DNA of 62,212 nt from Patescibacteria group bacterium (GTDB taxonomy: Bacteria; Patescibacteriota; Gracilibacteria; UM-FILTER-43-11): NCBI GenBank assembly GCA_029260955.1, contig JAJDCF010000007.1, forward strand, positions 1 to 62,212, written 5' to 3'. The position numbers and the translations under genes were made by a program. This document shows, in pieces, positions 9,730 to 19,800 of the stretch. A model generated the notes under the pieces. The model was not told the DNA's origin. It made no database searches and was given only the letters and a program-made list of their open reading frames with translations. Positions within the stretch are counted from its first letter, which is position 1. Every line of letters begins with the position of its first letter.

Positions 9730-10017
9730 TTATTTGAGTTTATTATAAATTGATTGAATTTTCAGCTCATCTTGTATACCAGTAAGAGATTCGGTATCTG
9801 TTGCAAGAGCTTTGTCAAAAACAGCCATGTCAGACTGCAAAGACTCCTCCCCTTCCTTTGCTAAAGCGTTTAGCTTATTTAGCTTATCGACTTCAGTTTC
9901 TGGTGTATTTTGAATAGCTACCTTCAGCATTTCAAAGTAATTTTGGTAGAGTTCCATGGTCGCTTTATAAAGCTCTTCCACGTCTGCCAGTGTTTGTTTT
10001 GCTGCAGTCAAATCCAT
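9730..10017 (-). CDS. Hypothetical helical protein
   Basis: 95-aa ORF directly behind a consensus promoter. Confidence 0.7.
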   Translation of the reverse strand: MDLTAAKQTLADVEELYKATMELYQNYFEMLKVAIQNTPETEVDKLNKLNALAKEGEESLQSDMAVFDKALATDTESLTGIQDELKIQSIYNKLK

Positions 10018-10023
10018 CTAAAT

Positions 10024-10052
10024 ATTTTACCATATTATGTATTTTGGGTCAA
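10024..10052 (-). promoter_or_regulatory. Sigma70-type promoter, probably giving a leaderless mRNA
   Basis: TTGACC-17-TAAAAT with TGn extension, 6 nt before the ATG at 10017. Confidence 0.65.
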
Positions 10053-10236
10053 TGATAGTTCCTTGCACAAACCTCAAAATAATGGCAAAATCCATACGAT
10101 CTAATGGACTCCCGCAATTCATGTTTATTCTTAGTCTTCTCTCATAAATAAGGACAAAGCAAATATTGAGGCTCGATTCGCCAGACATGCCAAGCTAGAT
10201 TCACAAGCTACTCCAAGCAATTCTGTTCCTACGGCA

Positions 10237-11313
10237 GTGCCACGGAAGTCACTTTTTGCTTGGCCAATCGACAAACTTCAGCGAATTATGGGGGTAGATT
10301 GCGAGAACTCCAGTATTTCCAGATTAGTTCGTAAAATGGTGGCCATCAGTGCAGCTTTTTTTGTCGTTAGCTCCTTTGGCCCAATGTACAGCCTTACCGA
10401 AGGGCATTTTCACTATGAAGATGCAGGATTTATCGAGTTTGCTGGCCAAGAGACGGACAACATACTCGCTGATATCATGACGGAGGACGGCTTTCTTCTT
10501 AAGCCTGCTCTGAACTCGACAGAAGGGGATCGCAGTACCGCTAGCGAGGTCTTTGCTTACGAGGTAGAGCCGGGTGACACTCTCTCTTCTTTGGCACAAC
10601 GTTTTGGCATCAAAAAGGAGACTTTGATCATGGAGAACAATCTATGGAATGCCAATAGTCTGCGAACAGGAATGACCATCAAAATCCTTCCTGTAGACGG
10701 CATTGCTCATGTGGTTAAAAAGGGTGATACAGTTGAAAAGATTGCCAAAAAATATAAGGTTGATGTTGAGACAATCGTTCGTCAAAATCAGTTGGAAGGG
10801 GAGGAAGTTTTACTTGCTGACTCAGCACTGATTATTCCTGGAGCAAAGAAGAGTGTCACTCCACCTAAAATTAACTATGGTGTAAGCGCACCTTCCAACC
10901 CAGCGATGTACAGTTATTCCGGTGGTGGAAGTGGGCGACTTATATGGCCGACATTGGGTAGCGCAAAATTGACTCAAGGCTTCCGTGGAGGCCACTATGC
11001 AATCGATATTGGTAATCGAGCTAAAGGTCCAATCTTTGCAGCTGCTGGAGGTAAGGTAATCAAGTCTGGGTATGGTTGGAATGGAGGCTATGGAAACTAC
11101 GTTATTCTCGATCATGGAAACGGAATGCAGACACTTTATGCTCACAACGAAAAGCTTTACGTGACCGAGGGGCAGTATGTTGACCAAGGGCAGACTCTAG
11201 CGTGGATGGGCCGCTCAGGACGTGTTTATGGACCTACCGGAATTCATCTCCACTTCGAAGTGCGCATTAATGGCGTCAAATATAATCCAATGAGCTTTTA
11301 CTGTAACCTTTAA
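10237..11313 (+). CDS. LysM x2 + M23 peptidase (start uncertain)
   Basis: YEVEPGDTLSSLA, HVVKKGDTVEKIA, HYAIDI, YAHN, TGIHLHFEVR. Confidence 0.92.
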   Translation: MPRKSLFAWPIDKLQRIMGVDCENSSISRLVRKMVAISAAFFVVSSFGPMYSLTEGHFHYEDAGFIEFAGQETDNILADIMTEDGFLLKPALNSTEGDRSTASEVFAYEVEPGDTLSSLAQRFGIKKETLIMENNLWNANSLRTGMTIKILPVDGIAHVVKKGDTVEKIAKKYKVDVETIVRQNQLEGEEVLLADSALIIPGAKKSVTPPKINYGVSAPSNPAMYSYSGGGSGRLIWPTLGSAKLTQGFRGGHYAIDIGNRAKGPIFAAAGGKVIKSGYGWNGGYGNYVILDHGNGMQTLYAHNEKLYVTEGQYVDQGQTLAWMGRSGRVYGPTGIHLHFEVRINGVKYNPMSFYCNL

Positions 11314-11352
11314 AAAAGGTTCCAGTACCTCCAAAATATCTGTATTCGCTCT

Positions 11353-11488
11353 AAATTTTCTTCGCCCAGCTTCGCAGCTTCCTTCACCGCACATGTCGCC
11401 TCACCCGCCTAAATTCTCTACTACTTTTTGTAGCTTTGCTCGTGTGGTCTAGTATACTCTTGGGTATATCGCGGGCTCGCAAAAATTT
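11353..11488. repeat. Imperfect inverted-repeat element (REP-like) between M23 gene and yidD
   Basis: AAATTTTCTTCGCCC ... GGGCTCGCAAAAATTT ends with internal CTTCGC motifs. Confidence 0.35.
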
Positions 11489-11504
11489 CTCACTCAGCTA
11501 TTGT

Positions 11505-11774
11505 ATGATGAAAGAAATCCTTCGATTTATTTGGCACATTCCACGAAATCTTTTTATGGGGTTTATTTGGCTATATCAAAAAACGCTTTCACCCGATCAC
11601 AGCTTTTGGGCAAAGGCGGTGAATATCAATGGTTACTGCAAATATCATCCGACTTGTAGTGCATATGCAAAAGAGGCCTTAAAAAAGCATGGGTTTCTTA
11701 AGGGCATGTTCAAAGGAATCCATCGCATTGGGCGCTGTAATCCTTGGTCAGATGGGGGAGTGGATAGGCCTTGA
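11505..11774 (+). CDS. yidD: Membrane protein insertion efficiency factor
   Basis: [33 protein letters not shown]; start moved to ATG 11505. Confidence 0.92.
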   Translation: MMKEILRFIWHIPRNLFMGFIWLYQKTLSPDHSFWAKAVNINGYCKYHPTCSAYAKEALKKHGFLKGMFKGIHRIGRCNPWSDGGVDRP

Positions 11775-12188
11775 TTAGGCAATGGCAGATAGGGGAAGCT
11801 CTCTACTTTTCAAAGCTTTGCGATCGAGCTTCGTGGGTATGGAATCTATAAGGTCATTAAGCTCGCCACGCTTGATCCCCATTTTTTCTGCGTCATCAAT
11901 AAAGGCAAAGACTTCAAAATAATCCTCTTTCCCTAGACTCTGCTTTAGTTTGCTAAGAATATCATCTATTTTTTCTTGTTTAAGTGTGGCTTTCGCTTCC
12001 TTTCTGGCATTTTCGATGTGATCTCCTAGTTTCTGTTCAGGTTCTGTCCTTTCGTTGGCCATTGCCCTAATCCAAAGCTTGGCCGTTTCCTGGTTCATTT
12101 TTGGAAATTTATTACGAAGAAATTCAACAGTTGCTTCTTCAGCTGCCTGCTTCTCGGTCAAAGGGCGCGGTAGGTTTGTTTTAGACAT
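11775..12188 (-). CDS. Hypothetical protein
   Basis: 137-aa charged helical ORF. Confidence 0.65.
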   Translation of the reverse strand: MSKTNLPRPLTEKQAAEEATVEFLRNKFPKMNQETAKLWIRAMANERTEPEQKLGDHIENARKEAKATLKQEKIDDILSKLKQSLGKEDYFEVFAFIDDAEKMGIKRGELNDLIDSIPTKLDRKALKSRELPLSAIA

Positions 12189-12259
12189 TTTATTTTTGGT
12201 TATTGTTTTGGCCCAAAGGGCCCCCTTTGGGGTTTTAGTCCTCGCTTCCGACGAGAATA

Positions 12260-13984
12260 CTAAGAAGTTGGTTGAACATCTTCTGTTGGGTTATTTAGGT
12301 TTATATTTTGGTCAGGTTGTACTACTTGTGGTGCTTCAGGCATTTCGGGTGTAGGAGGATTTTGCTCTGGTTCTTGCGGAGCAGGTGGAATTTCTTTTGG
12401 TGCTTCAGGCTGTGGCGTTGGTTCTGGAGTAGGTTGCGCTTCAGGCTGAGGTTGTACGTCCTGCTTTTTAGGTTGTCCTTCTTGAAACTTATATTCTGTC
12501 TTTGGCTTCCTGTTTCTTGACCTCTTGCGCTTTGGTTTTTGCACATTTGGCTGAGTTTCGGGCTGAGCTTTAGGTTGAGCAGGAGTTTCTTCAGTTTTCT
12601 CATTCTTCGGAGTACGTTCATCTTTAAAGTCCAAATACTGAGAAGTGGTTGGCCCTTTTTTGGATGTTTTAACTTCTTCTACTTCTTTCTTTTGTACTGG
12701 CTCAGGAACTTGCTCAACAGTGTCATCCTTTCCGGCTTCCCCTGCAGATTCAGTTTTTTCTGTTGTCTCCTGCTTCGCCCCATCTGCACTCTGGGAATCA
12801 AGGGGTTTATCTTCAGGGTGAATGTTCAACCTGTTGCCTTGGTATTCTCTAACTTTAGTTAGAGTATCGTTGATTAGCTGTTCTAGGTTATTGCTGTCAC
12901 GCATCTTAAAGCCAGCGGCTCTCACATGGCCTCCACCACCATTTTCCTGACAAATCTTGCCCACATCCACACTGTTGGTTGTAGAACGCATGCTAACCGA
13001 AACAAAACCCTCGTCGTTATATTTGAAGAGCATGATCAGTTCAGCACCGGGAGCATTAGAAAGTAGGTCGTCAATAATGGACTCGCTTTCTTCCGAAGAT
13101 GCTCCAGATTCCTCTAGATCATGCTTGCTTATACTGGACCAAACCAGGCGATAAATGGGGTCGGTTTCTACCTTAGAAAGCACACTACCCCATAGCTTAA
13201 GGGTGCTCAGCTTCTTTGTCTTATATATGTTCTTGATGATTTCTTGCTGTCGTGCGCCCCTGTCCAGAAGCTTGGCAGCTGTTTCCATGGCATGCGGCGA
13301 AGTATTGGCATGTTGAAAACTGCCTGTGTCGGTAATCAGACCAGCTAAAAGTAGAGTTGCAATGTCTTCGTTGATGTACTTCTTTTGGTATTTCTTCTCC
13401 ATTTCCTCTAGTAGTCCAAGCAATACCTCGGTGGTACTGGCTGCTACCATATCTACCAAATTAATCGTTCCAAAATCAGTGTTACTGGCATGATGATCGA
13501 CATTTATAATTGGCACTTTAAAGAAAAGCTCCGAGTTTTGATCATAAATGGGTCCCAAATGTTCTAGGTTGCCTGTGTCAAAGGTCATGATTAAATCAAA
13601 ACTTCCAACTTCGTGATCGAAGCTTACATCTTCGGGTTTAAAGTGGCCCTTTGAGGGTGTTACAACTATATTCACACTATTCTTATCTTCAGCCAACTTA
13701 TACTTAATCTTATTTAGAGGGGTTCCGCTGATATCCAGTGTGATTACGAAATTCTTTGAAGTGATTGAATTTTGCACCACATTAATAGATGGCAGGAAGC
13801 TGAGGTTATCGGGGGCAGGATCGTTGGTTGCGGCTACGACTTCCTTGCCCAAGCTCTGAAGAACCTGGTACATACTAATCATGGAGCCTAGCCCATCACA
13901 GTCGGCTTTGGCGTGAGTCAGAAGCAGAATGCTCTGGCTTTTATCGATGAGGTTGAAGATTTGATCCTTTAAGTTTGGGTCCAT
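12260..13984 (-). CDS. nrnA: DHH/DHHA1 phosphoesterase (NrnA-like) with disordered C-terminal tail
   Basis: THAKADCDG, NVDHH, TDTGSF, GGGGHVRAAG. Confidence 0.88.
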   Translation of the reverse strand: MDPNLKDQIFNLIDKSQSILLLTHAKADCDGLGSMISMYQVLQSLGKEVVAATNDPAPDNLSFLPSINVVQNSITSKNFVITLDISGTPLNKIKYKLAEDKNSVNIVVTPSKGHFKPEDVSFDHEVGSFDLIMTFDTGNLEHLGPIYDQNSELFFKVPIINVDHHASNTDFGTINLVDMVAASTTEVLLGLLEEMEKKYQKKYINEDIATLLLAGLITDTGSFQHANTSPHAMETAAKLLDRGARQQEIIKNIYKTKKLSTLKLWGSVLSKVETDPIYRLVWSSISKHDLEESGASSEESESIIDDLLSNAPGAELIMLFKYNDEGFVSVSMRSTTNSVDVGKICQENGGGGHVRAAGFKMRDSNNLEQLINDTLTKVREYQGNRLNIHPEDKPLDSQSADGAKQETTEKTESAGEAGKDDTVEQVPEPVQKKEVEEVKTSKKGPTTSQYLDFKDERTPKNEKTEETPAQPKAQPETQPNVQKPKRKRSRNRKPKTEYKFQEGQPKKQDVQPQPEAQPTPEPTPQPEAPKEIPPAPQEPEQNPPTPEMPEAPQVVQPDQNINLNNPTEDVQPTS

Positions 13985-14057
13985 AGAGATATTAGTGTAG
14001 AAGATATATTATAAAATAATTTACGTGTTTTGTACAATTTCACTAGGTCAATGCTTA

Positions 14058-14086
14058 ATTATAAAACATATTAAAAAATATGTCAA
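14058..14086 (-). promoter_or_regulatory. Consensus sigma70 promoter for nrnA
   Basis: TTGACA-17-TATAAT on minus strand. Confidence 0.75.
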
Positions 14087-14111
14087 GTATTTTGATATCT
14101 TTTTTTGTTAT

Positions 14112-15413
14112 TTAGGTGGCAGACAAGTAGTCTTCACCAATTTTGTATACATCTCCTGCGCCCATAGTAACGGCAAGATCACCCTTTTTTAATTCTTTTT
14201 TGAGTGTTTCTAGGGTTTTTTCAGCATTTTCACCCCAACGACAGTTAGAATGTTGTTTGCTTATGGCTTTTACCAATTTTTCGGCAGAGATTTTAGCTTT
14301 ATCTTCATCTGTGTCGCGTGCCTCAAAAATATTCGGAATAATTACCATATCAGCATCACCAAAAGCATTAGCAAAATGATCTAGTAGTTCGTGCGTGCGA
14401 GAGTACTGATGTGGCTGAAAAATGCAGATCAGTCTTCTGCCGGGATTGGCTTCTTTAAGAGCTTTAAGGGTTGCGCGTACTTCTGTTGGGTGATGTCCAT
14501 AATCATCCATGATCAGTGCTCCATTTTTTTCGCCTTTTTTCTCCAGTCGCCTAGCTGTTCCGGAGAAGTTTTGCAGACCATTTCGTACACCGTGCATGTT
14601 TTTGGTTATTTGTTTGGCAGCTTCTAAAGCATGGGCGGCGTTCATTTGATTGAATTCGCCGGGTACATTTAGACTGAGATTTTTGCTTGCTGCTGATGCA
14701 ACAGGAAGCTTTTTGCCTTTGTATGATTCGCTGATTAACCGGCAATTTTCATCCTCCTCGTTATAAACCAAAAATCCATCTTCCGGTATTTTTGAAACCA
14801 ATTCCTGATAGGCAGAAAGATAATCTGCTTCACTTTTGTAATAATCCACATGTTCCAGTTCGCAGTTCAAAAGCACTACTCCGAATGGTTGAAAGTGCAA
14901 AAAGGAGCGCCTGTATTCGCAGCCCTCTGCCACTAGCCACTGACTATGACCAATCTGAATATTCCTATTTTCAAAGGTAGGCACCCTACTGCCGACTATT
15001 ACTGTTGGATCTTCACCAGCTTTAATAAGTGCCAGGCCTAGCATGGCAGTGGTTGTAGTTTTGCCATGAGTTCCTGCTATTACAATCGTCTTTTTGTGAG
15101 TGGATAGTTGCCCCAGGGCTTCAAAGTAACTCAAAGTCGAAATTTCACGTTTGTTGGCTTCCAAGAATTCAGGATTCTCTTTTTTGTCTATGGCCTCGGA
15201 GTAAATAACCAGCTCACATAGCTCACTCAAATTATCCTTACTATGTCCGATGTGAATTTGTACCCCCTCCTTTTCCAGCTTTTCCGTGGTCGGATTTGGT
15301 GCAATGTCAGAGCCACTCACTTTGATTCCATGAGCTATAGCCATATAGGCAAGTGCGCTAATGCCGCTTCCGCCAACCCCTATAAAATGTATGTGTCGAA
15401 AATTGTCTAACAT
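14112..15413 (-). CDS. murC: UDP-N-acetylmuramate--L-alanine ligase
   Basis: HFIGVGGSGIS, GTHGKTTTT, DDYGHHPTE, FQPHQYSRT; start likely ATG 15413. Confidence 0.96.
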   Translation of the reverse strand: MLDNFRHIHFIGVGGSGISALAYMAIAHGIKVSGSDIAPNPTTEKLEKEGVQIHIGHSKDNLSELCELVIYSEAIDKKENPEFLEANKREISTLSYFEALGQLSTHKKTIVIAGTHGKTTTTAMLGLALIKAGEDPTVIVGSRVPTFENRNIQIGHSQWLVAEGCEYRRSFLHFQPFGVVLLNCELEHVDYYKSEADYLSAYQELVSKIPEDGFLVYNEEDENCRLISESYKGKKLPVASAASKNLSLNVPGEFNQMNAAHALEAAKQITKNMHGVRNGLQNFSGTARRLEKKGEKNGALIMDDYGHHPTEVRATLKALKEANPGRRLICIFQPHQYSRTHELLDHFANAFGDADMVIIPNIFEARDTDEDKAKISAEKLVKAISKQHSNCRWGENAEKTLETLKKELKKGDLAVTMGAGDVYKIGEDYLSAT

Positions 15414-15440
15414 ATTTAGTTCAGGTAACATGTTAGCATT

Positions 15441-15914
15441 ATGATGCAAAAAAAGTCATTCACATTTCAGCTATTTATTATGGGCGGCTTCTTCTTCTTT
15501 TTCTATATGTTCTTTGCACTCGCCACCTCTATTTATCGTGATTACAAATTAGAGACTGAAATTGAAACATTTGAGGACGTCATTAATGATCTTGCAGATA
15601 GGGCGAATCAGAAGCCATCAGACTTGAAATATTTACAGTCTGATGAGTACAAAGATCGCTATGCTAAGGAAAATCTTAACCTGCTGAATCCAGGGGAAAA
15701 GCTGATTATTTTGCCGGACCCAAAGCAGAATGTGGAACAAGGTCCAGTTGAATTAATGACTGACATACTGTCGCCTAATTCTGTTTTAAACAAGCCGAAT
15801 AATCAACAATGGTGGGGGTACTTTTTTGGGCAAACCTTGTCAGTTGATACTACAACCAATAATGTTCCTAATCGCTTCTTTGAGCCTGAAGAGTCTGAGC
15901 CTATTGAGAGCTGA
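15441..15914 (+). CDS. Septum formation initiator (FtsB/DivIC-like)
   Basis: TM, coiled coil, YKDRYAKENLNLLNPGEK, terminal WWGYFF. Confidence 0.75.
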   Translation: MMQKKSFTFQLFIMGGFFFFFYMFFALATSIYRDYKLETEIETFEDVINDLADRANQKPSDLKYLQSDEYKDRYAKENLNLLNPGEKLIILPDPKQNVEQGPVELMTDILSPNSVLNKPNNQQWWGYFFGQTLSVDTTTNNVPNRFFEPEESEPIES

Positions 15915-15916
15915 GT

Positions 15917-16153
15917 CATCTACCCCTCATTAGGTTGGTGTCATTCAACCTGCTTCGCTCCTACTCGGTCTAGTCTATCATTAGGGGTGTATGCTATTCG
16001 CCCAATATGGCCTTGGCCATCTACCCATCCTAAAACTGGTGTCACCTTTTACAGCTTCGCTGATCTAATCGACAAGGTGGCATTCTACCCTATTAAGTTG
16101 GTGTCATCCCTTGTGCTATTCGCCCAATATGGCCTTGGCCATCAAGGGGTGTA

Positions 16154-16155
<2 letters not shown>
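15917..16155. repeat. Mosaic direct repeats 3' of tRNA-fMet
   Basis: Perfect 30-bp repeat TGCTATTCGCCCAATATGGCCTTGGCCATC (15992-16021, 16114-16143); three CAT(T)CTACCC-N8-10-TGGTGTCA units. Confidence 0.85.
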
Positions 16156-16228
<73 letters not shown>

Positions 16229-16233
16229 AAGGG

Positions 16234-16261
16234 ATTATACGGATTTGCGGTTTGAAATCAA
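16234..16261 (-). promoter_or_regulatory. Promoter of tRNA-fMet
   Basis: TTGATT-16-TATAAT ending 5 nt before the tRNA 5' end. Confidence 0.6.
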
Positions 16262-16489
16262 ACAAAAACGACAAAAAGCTTCTGCGGATTGTCAAATTTG
16301 ACGACCTGTCTAGCTTGACATAGTTTAAGCTTTATTATTGGACAGAATGTCCTGCATAACATTTTGTTTTTTGTGCAAGTCTAAATGTGAAACAAATGTC
16401 TATTAATACAGTTATATATGGCGAACATGAAGGAATTCTGATAATCTTTCGGAGAGTAATTAAAAGTTAGGAAAAGGCTTAGTATAAGC

Positions 16490-16860
16490 CCTGCAGACAT
16501 GGAAAGTAGACATGGCCCCATCTTCTAAAATGGTGGCGTCGTGCCTGCGAGTCATGCTATCCCTACGTCTAGCTTTGGCTAAGACAAATGGGTTTGTATG
16601 AGGCGCTGATCATTAACAGCATAGGAGGTAGACACGGGATCTAATGTCTATCTAAACATTATAAAAATAAGAATTAATTTTTCTTATCCAAATCTTGGCC
16701 AATATTATTGGTCACTTAGGTTCGATATAAAACTCGGACTTATACCTATTATATATAGCGAGGTCACTTAGGCTCCTTTGTTAATGGCAATGGAAAGCCA
16801 CCAAATAATATAGATTTCGCGATTTATAAGAACTTTTATTTATTTTATACCCATACAAAT
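16490..16860 (+). promoter_or_regulatory. Long structured 5' leader of the S-layer gene
   Basis: ORF-free; serial hairpins with G-U pairs; repeated GGTCACTTAGG at 16710 and 16762. Confidence 0.5.
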
Positions 16861-16861
16861 T

Positions 16862-19800
16862 ATGGATATTGCTCTTAGGTTGAAAAGAGTTGTAGCTACT
16901 GTTGCTGCTGGTGCACTTTTTGCATCATCTGCCGGTATTGCTATGGCTCAGACATTCAACGACGTTGGTACCGATGCATGGTACTACGATTACGTTGAAC
17001 AACTAGTAGGCGATGGTGTCATCGATGTTGCTGACACATACCGACCTGCTGACGCACTCAACCGTGCGGAACTTGTAAAGATTGCTATTACTGCAATCGA
17101 CGGACTAGCTGGATACGAAGCTCCTGCTACTCCTACTTTTGACGATGTACCTGCTGATGCTTGGTTCTTCGATTATATCGAGGCCGGTGTACAGCTTGGC
17201 ATTGTTAACGGTTATACCGACGCTAACGGAAACCTTACTGGTTTCTTCGGCCCTGGCGACATGGTAAACCGTGCTGCTTCTACAAAGATCCTTGTTAATG
17301 CATTTAGCGTTCCAACTGATCTAGACCCAGCTTCTGTTTTTCCAGACGTAATGTCTGCTGACTGGTTCCATGATTACGTTCTTACCGCTTATAACCAATC
17401 TGTTCTAGATGGTTATGACAATGGATACTTTGGCCCAGCTGATGCTGTTACCCGCGCTCAAGTTGCAAAACTTGTCGTCAACTCTCAGAACCCTGTAGAA
17501 AGAATGGTTTCTGGTGAAGGCGAAGGCGAAGGCGAAGGCGAAGGTGAGCCATCATCTGAGGGAGACCTTGAGGTTTCTCTAAACGATGATACAGCCTCTT
17601 CTTCTACACTTTCTCTAAGTGCTAACGGTGTAGCTGTAGCATCTTTTGATTTCACTGCTGATCAAGACGACGTTTATGTTTCTAACCTCGTTCTTACTCG
17701 TGGTGGTGTAGGTCAAGCTGCTGACTGGCAGAATCTTTACGTTTACGATGGTTCTCAACGTTTGACCACTGGTCGTACTGTTAATAACGACACTAACACA
17801 GCTACCTTCCCTCTCAAATTGACTGTAGAGGCTGGTACTACTACAACTGTTACTCTAGTTGGTGACGTTTCTTCTACTGCTGGTGCTTCAAGTCAACACT
17901 ACTTCTATGTAGCTTCTGCTGCTAACGTAACAAGCAACGCTCAATCTGTTGCTGGTGACTTCCCTGTAGCTGGTAACACCTTCACAATGGGTGGTGCCAA
18001 CACAGTTGTTAACTCTGTTACTGTTACTGCTGGAACTGCTCCTCCAATTGTAACTATTGGTGAGCAGGATGCTGAGATTGCTAGCGTTCGTCTTGCTGCT
18101 GGTTCTACTAACGATATCGCTGTTCATCAGTTTGCTTTCACTAACGGAGGATCTCTTTCTTCTGCTAAAATGGTCAATCTACGACTTCTTCGTGGAACTG
18201 ACGAGGTAGCTACTGCTGATGGATTTGTAGGTGATGTTGTTACTTTTGTACTCGACACTCCTTATGTAATTCAGGATGGTCAAACTAAGACTTTCTATGT
18301 TCGTGCAGATATTGACGGTGGTCGAACCACTGACAACATCATCATGTATCTTGACGAAAACACTGATCTGATTGCTGTTGATCAGCAATATGGTTTCGGT
18401 GCTTCTGTCACTAACACATTTGCTCGTGTTAACGCTAATACCGTTGCACTTGAAGGTGGTGATGTAACTGTTGTTGATAACGGTCCTGCTGCAACTCAAA
18501 TTGCTCAGAATGCTACCAACATCGAACTTTTGAACTTCTCTGTTACTACTGCTAGAGACCTAACTGTACGTGATACTTTCATCCAGCTAGACATCCAAGA
18601 TGCTGCTGGTAATGGTCCAACTCTACCTGTAACTGGTACTGGTGTTGTTGCTACTGGTGATGGTGGTTTTGCTGATGATAGTTCTATATTCTGTATGCTT
18701 GATGCTCCAGCTGCAACCTTTGCACTTGGTGACATGATTCAGATGACAGCTACTTCTGGTACTGTTTATGGAATTGTTGATGCTATTACTAACTCTGGAA
18801 CTTGTGGTGCTGGTGCAAATACTGAAATCCAGACCAATTTAGCTGCAGGTGATGCCGTTGCTGATGGCTCTACTGTTACTGAAGTTGATCCTTACGATTA
18901 CGTTAGGAATCTAAAATTGGTTGATCTTGATGCTACTACTACTTTGGCTGGTCCTTTGACTGATGCTAATACAGGTGCAACTTTGGTTCCTAACCAGAGT
19001 ACTGGTTTTGCAACTGCTGAATCTTACAGCAGAGTTCACACCGAGGATTACGAATTCACCGGTGGTGAAACTCGTCATCTTTCTGTTCAGTCAGATCTAA
19101 ACCTAAACATGGCTTCTGGTTACCAGATACGTGCTCGCGTTAGATTCTCTGATGGTGGAACTACTTCTTACATCAAGGATGACGCTGCTAACGAGTTTGT
19201 AGCTAGTTCTGCAATTATCGGTGCTGGTACTACTGCACTTGCTGGTAATTTCATGACTACTGCTCAGAACAGCCTAGCTGTTGCTCTTGCTTCTACTCCT
19301 ACTTCACAAAGTTATGTGAAGGGTGATACAGATGTTCCTTCTTTGGGTGTTGCACTTACAGCCGGTGATGCTGGAGATGTAACTCTAAAGCGTCTAACAG
19401 TTCGTGTTTACGCTGATTCTGGTACTGTCTTTGGTGGTACTGGTCCTGGTGAAGGTGATACTGCTGCTAATACACTTGTTTCTAGCGTAACTCTTTACGA
19501 TGGTAACGATGTTGTAGCAGGTCCTAAGAGTATTAGCCTAGTTGATACTAACGTTGCTGGCTTTGTCGCTGACACTGCTGACTACTATCGAGCTCAGTTT
19601 GATGACATCAACATGGTCATCACTAAGGGTGCTACAAAGACTCTAACTGCTAAGGTAAACCTTCTTAACACAGCTACTGTACAAAGTTACATCGCTGTTG
19701 ATGTACTTCCATCTGCTGATATCCTTGTTGAGGATTCTGATGCTAATACCATCACAGCTACTGGAGGTCAGCTTAACCTTGCTGGTGCTCACGTTCCATT

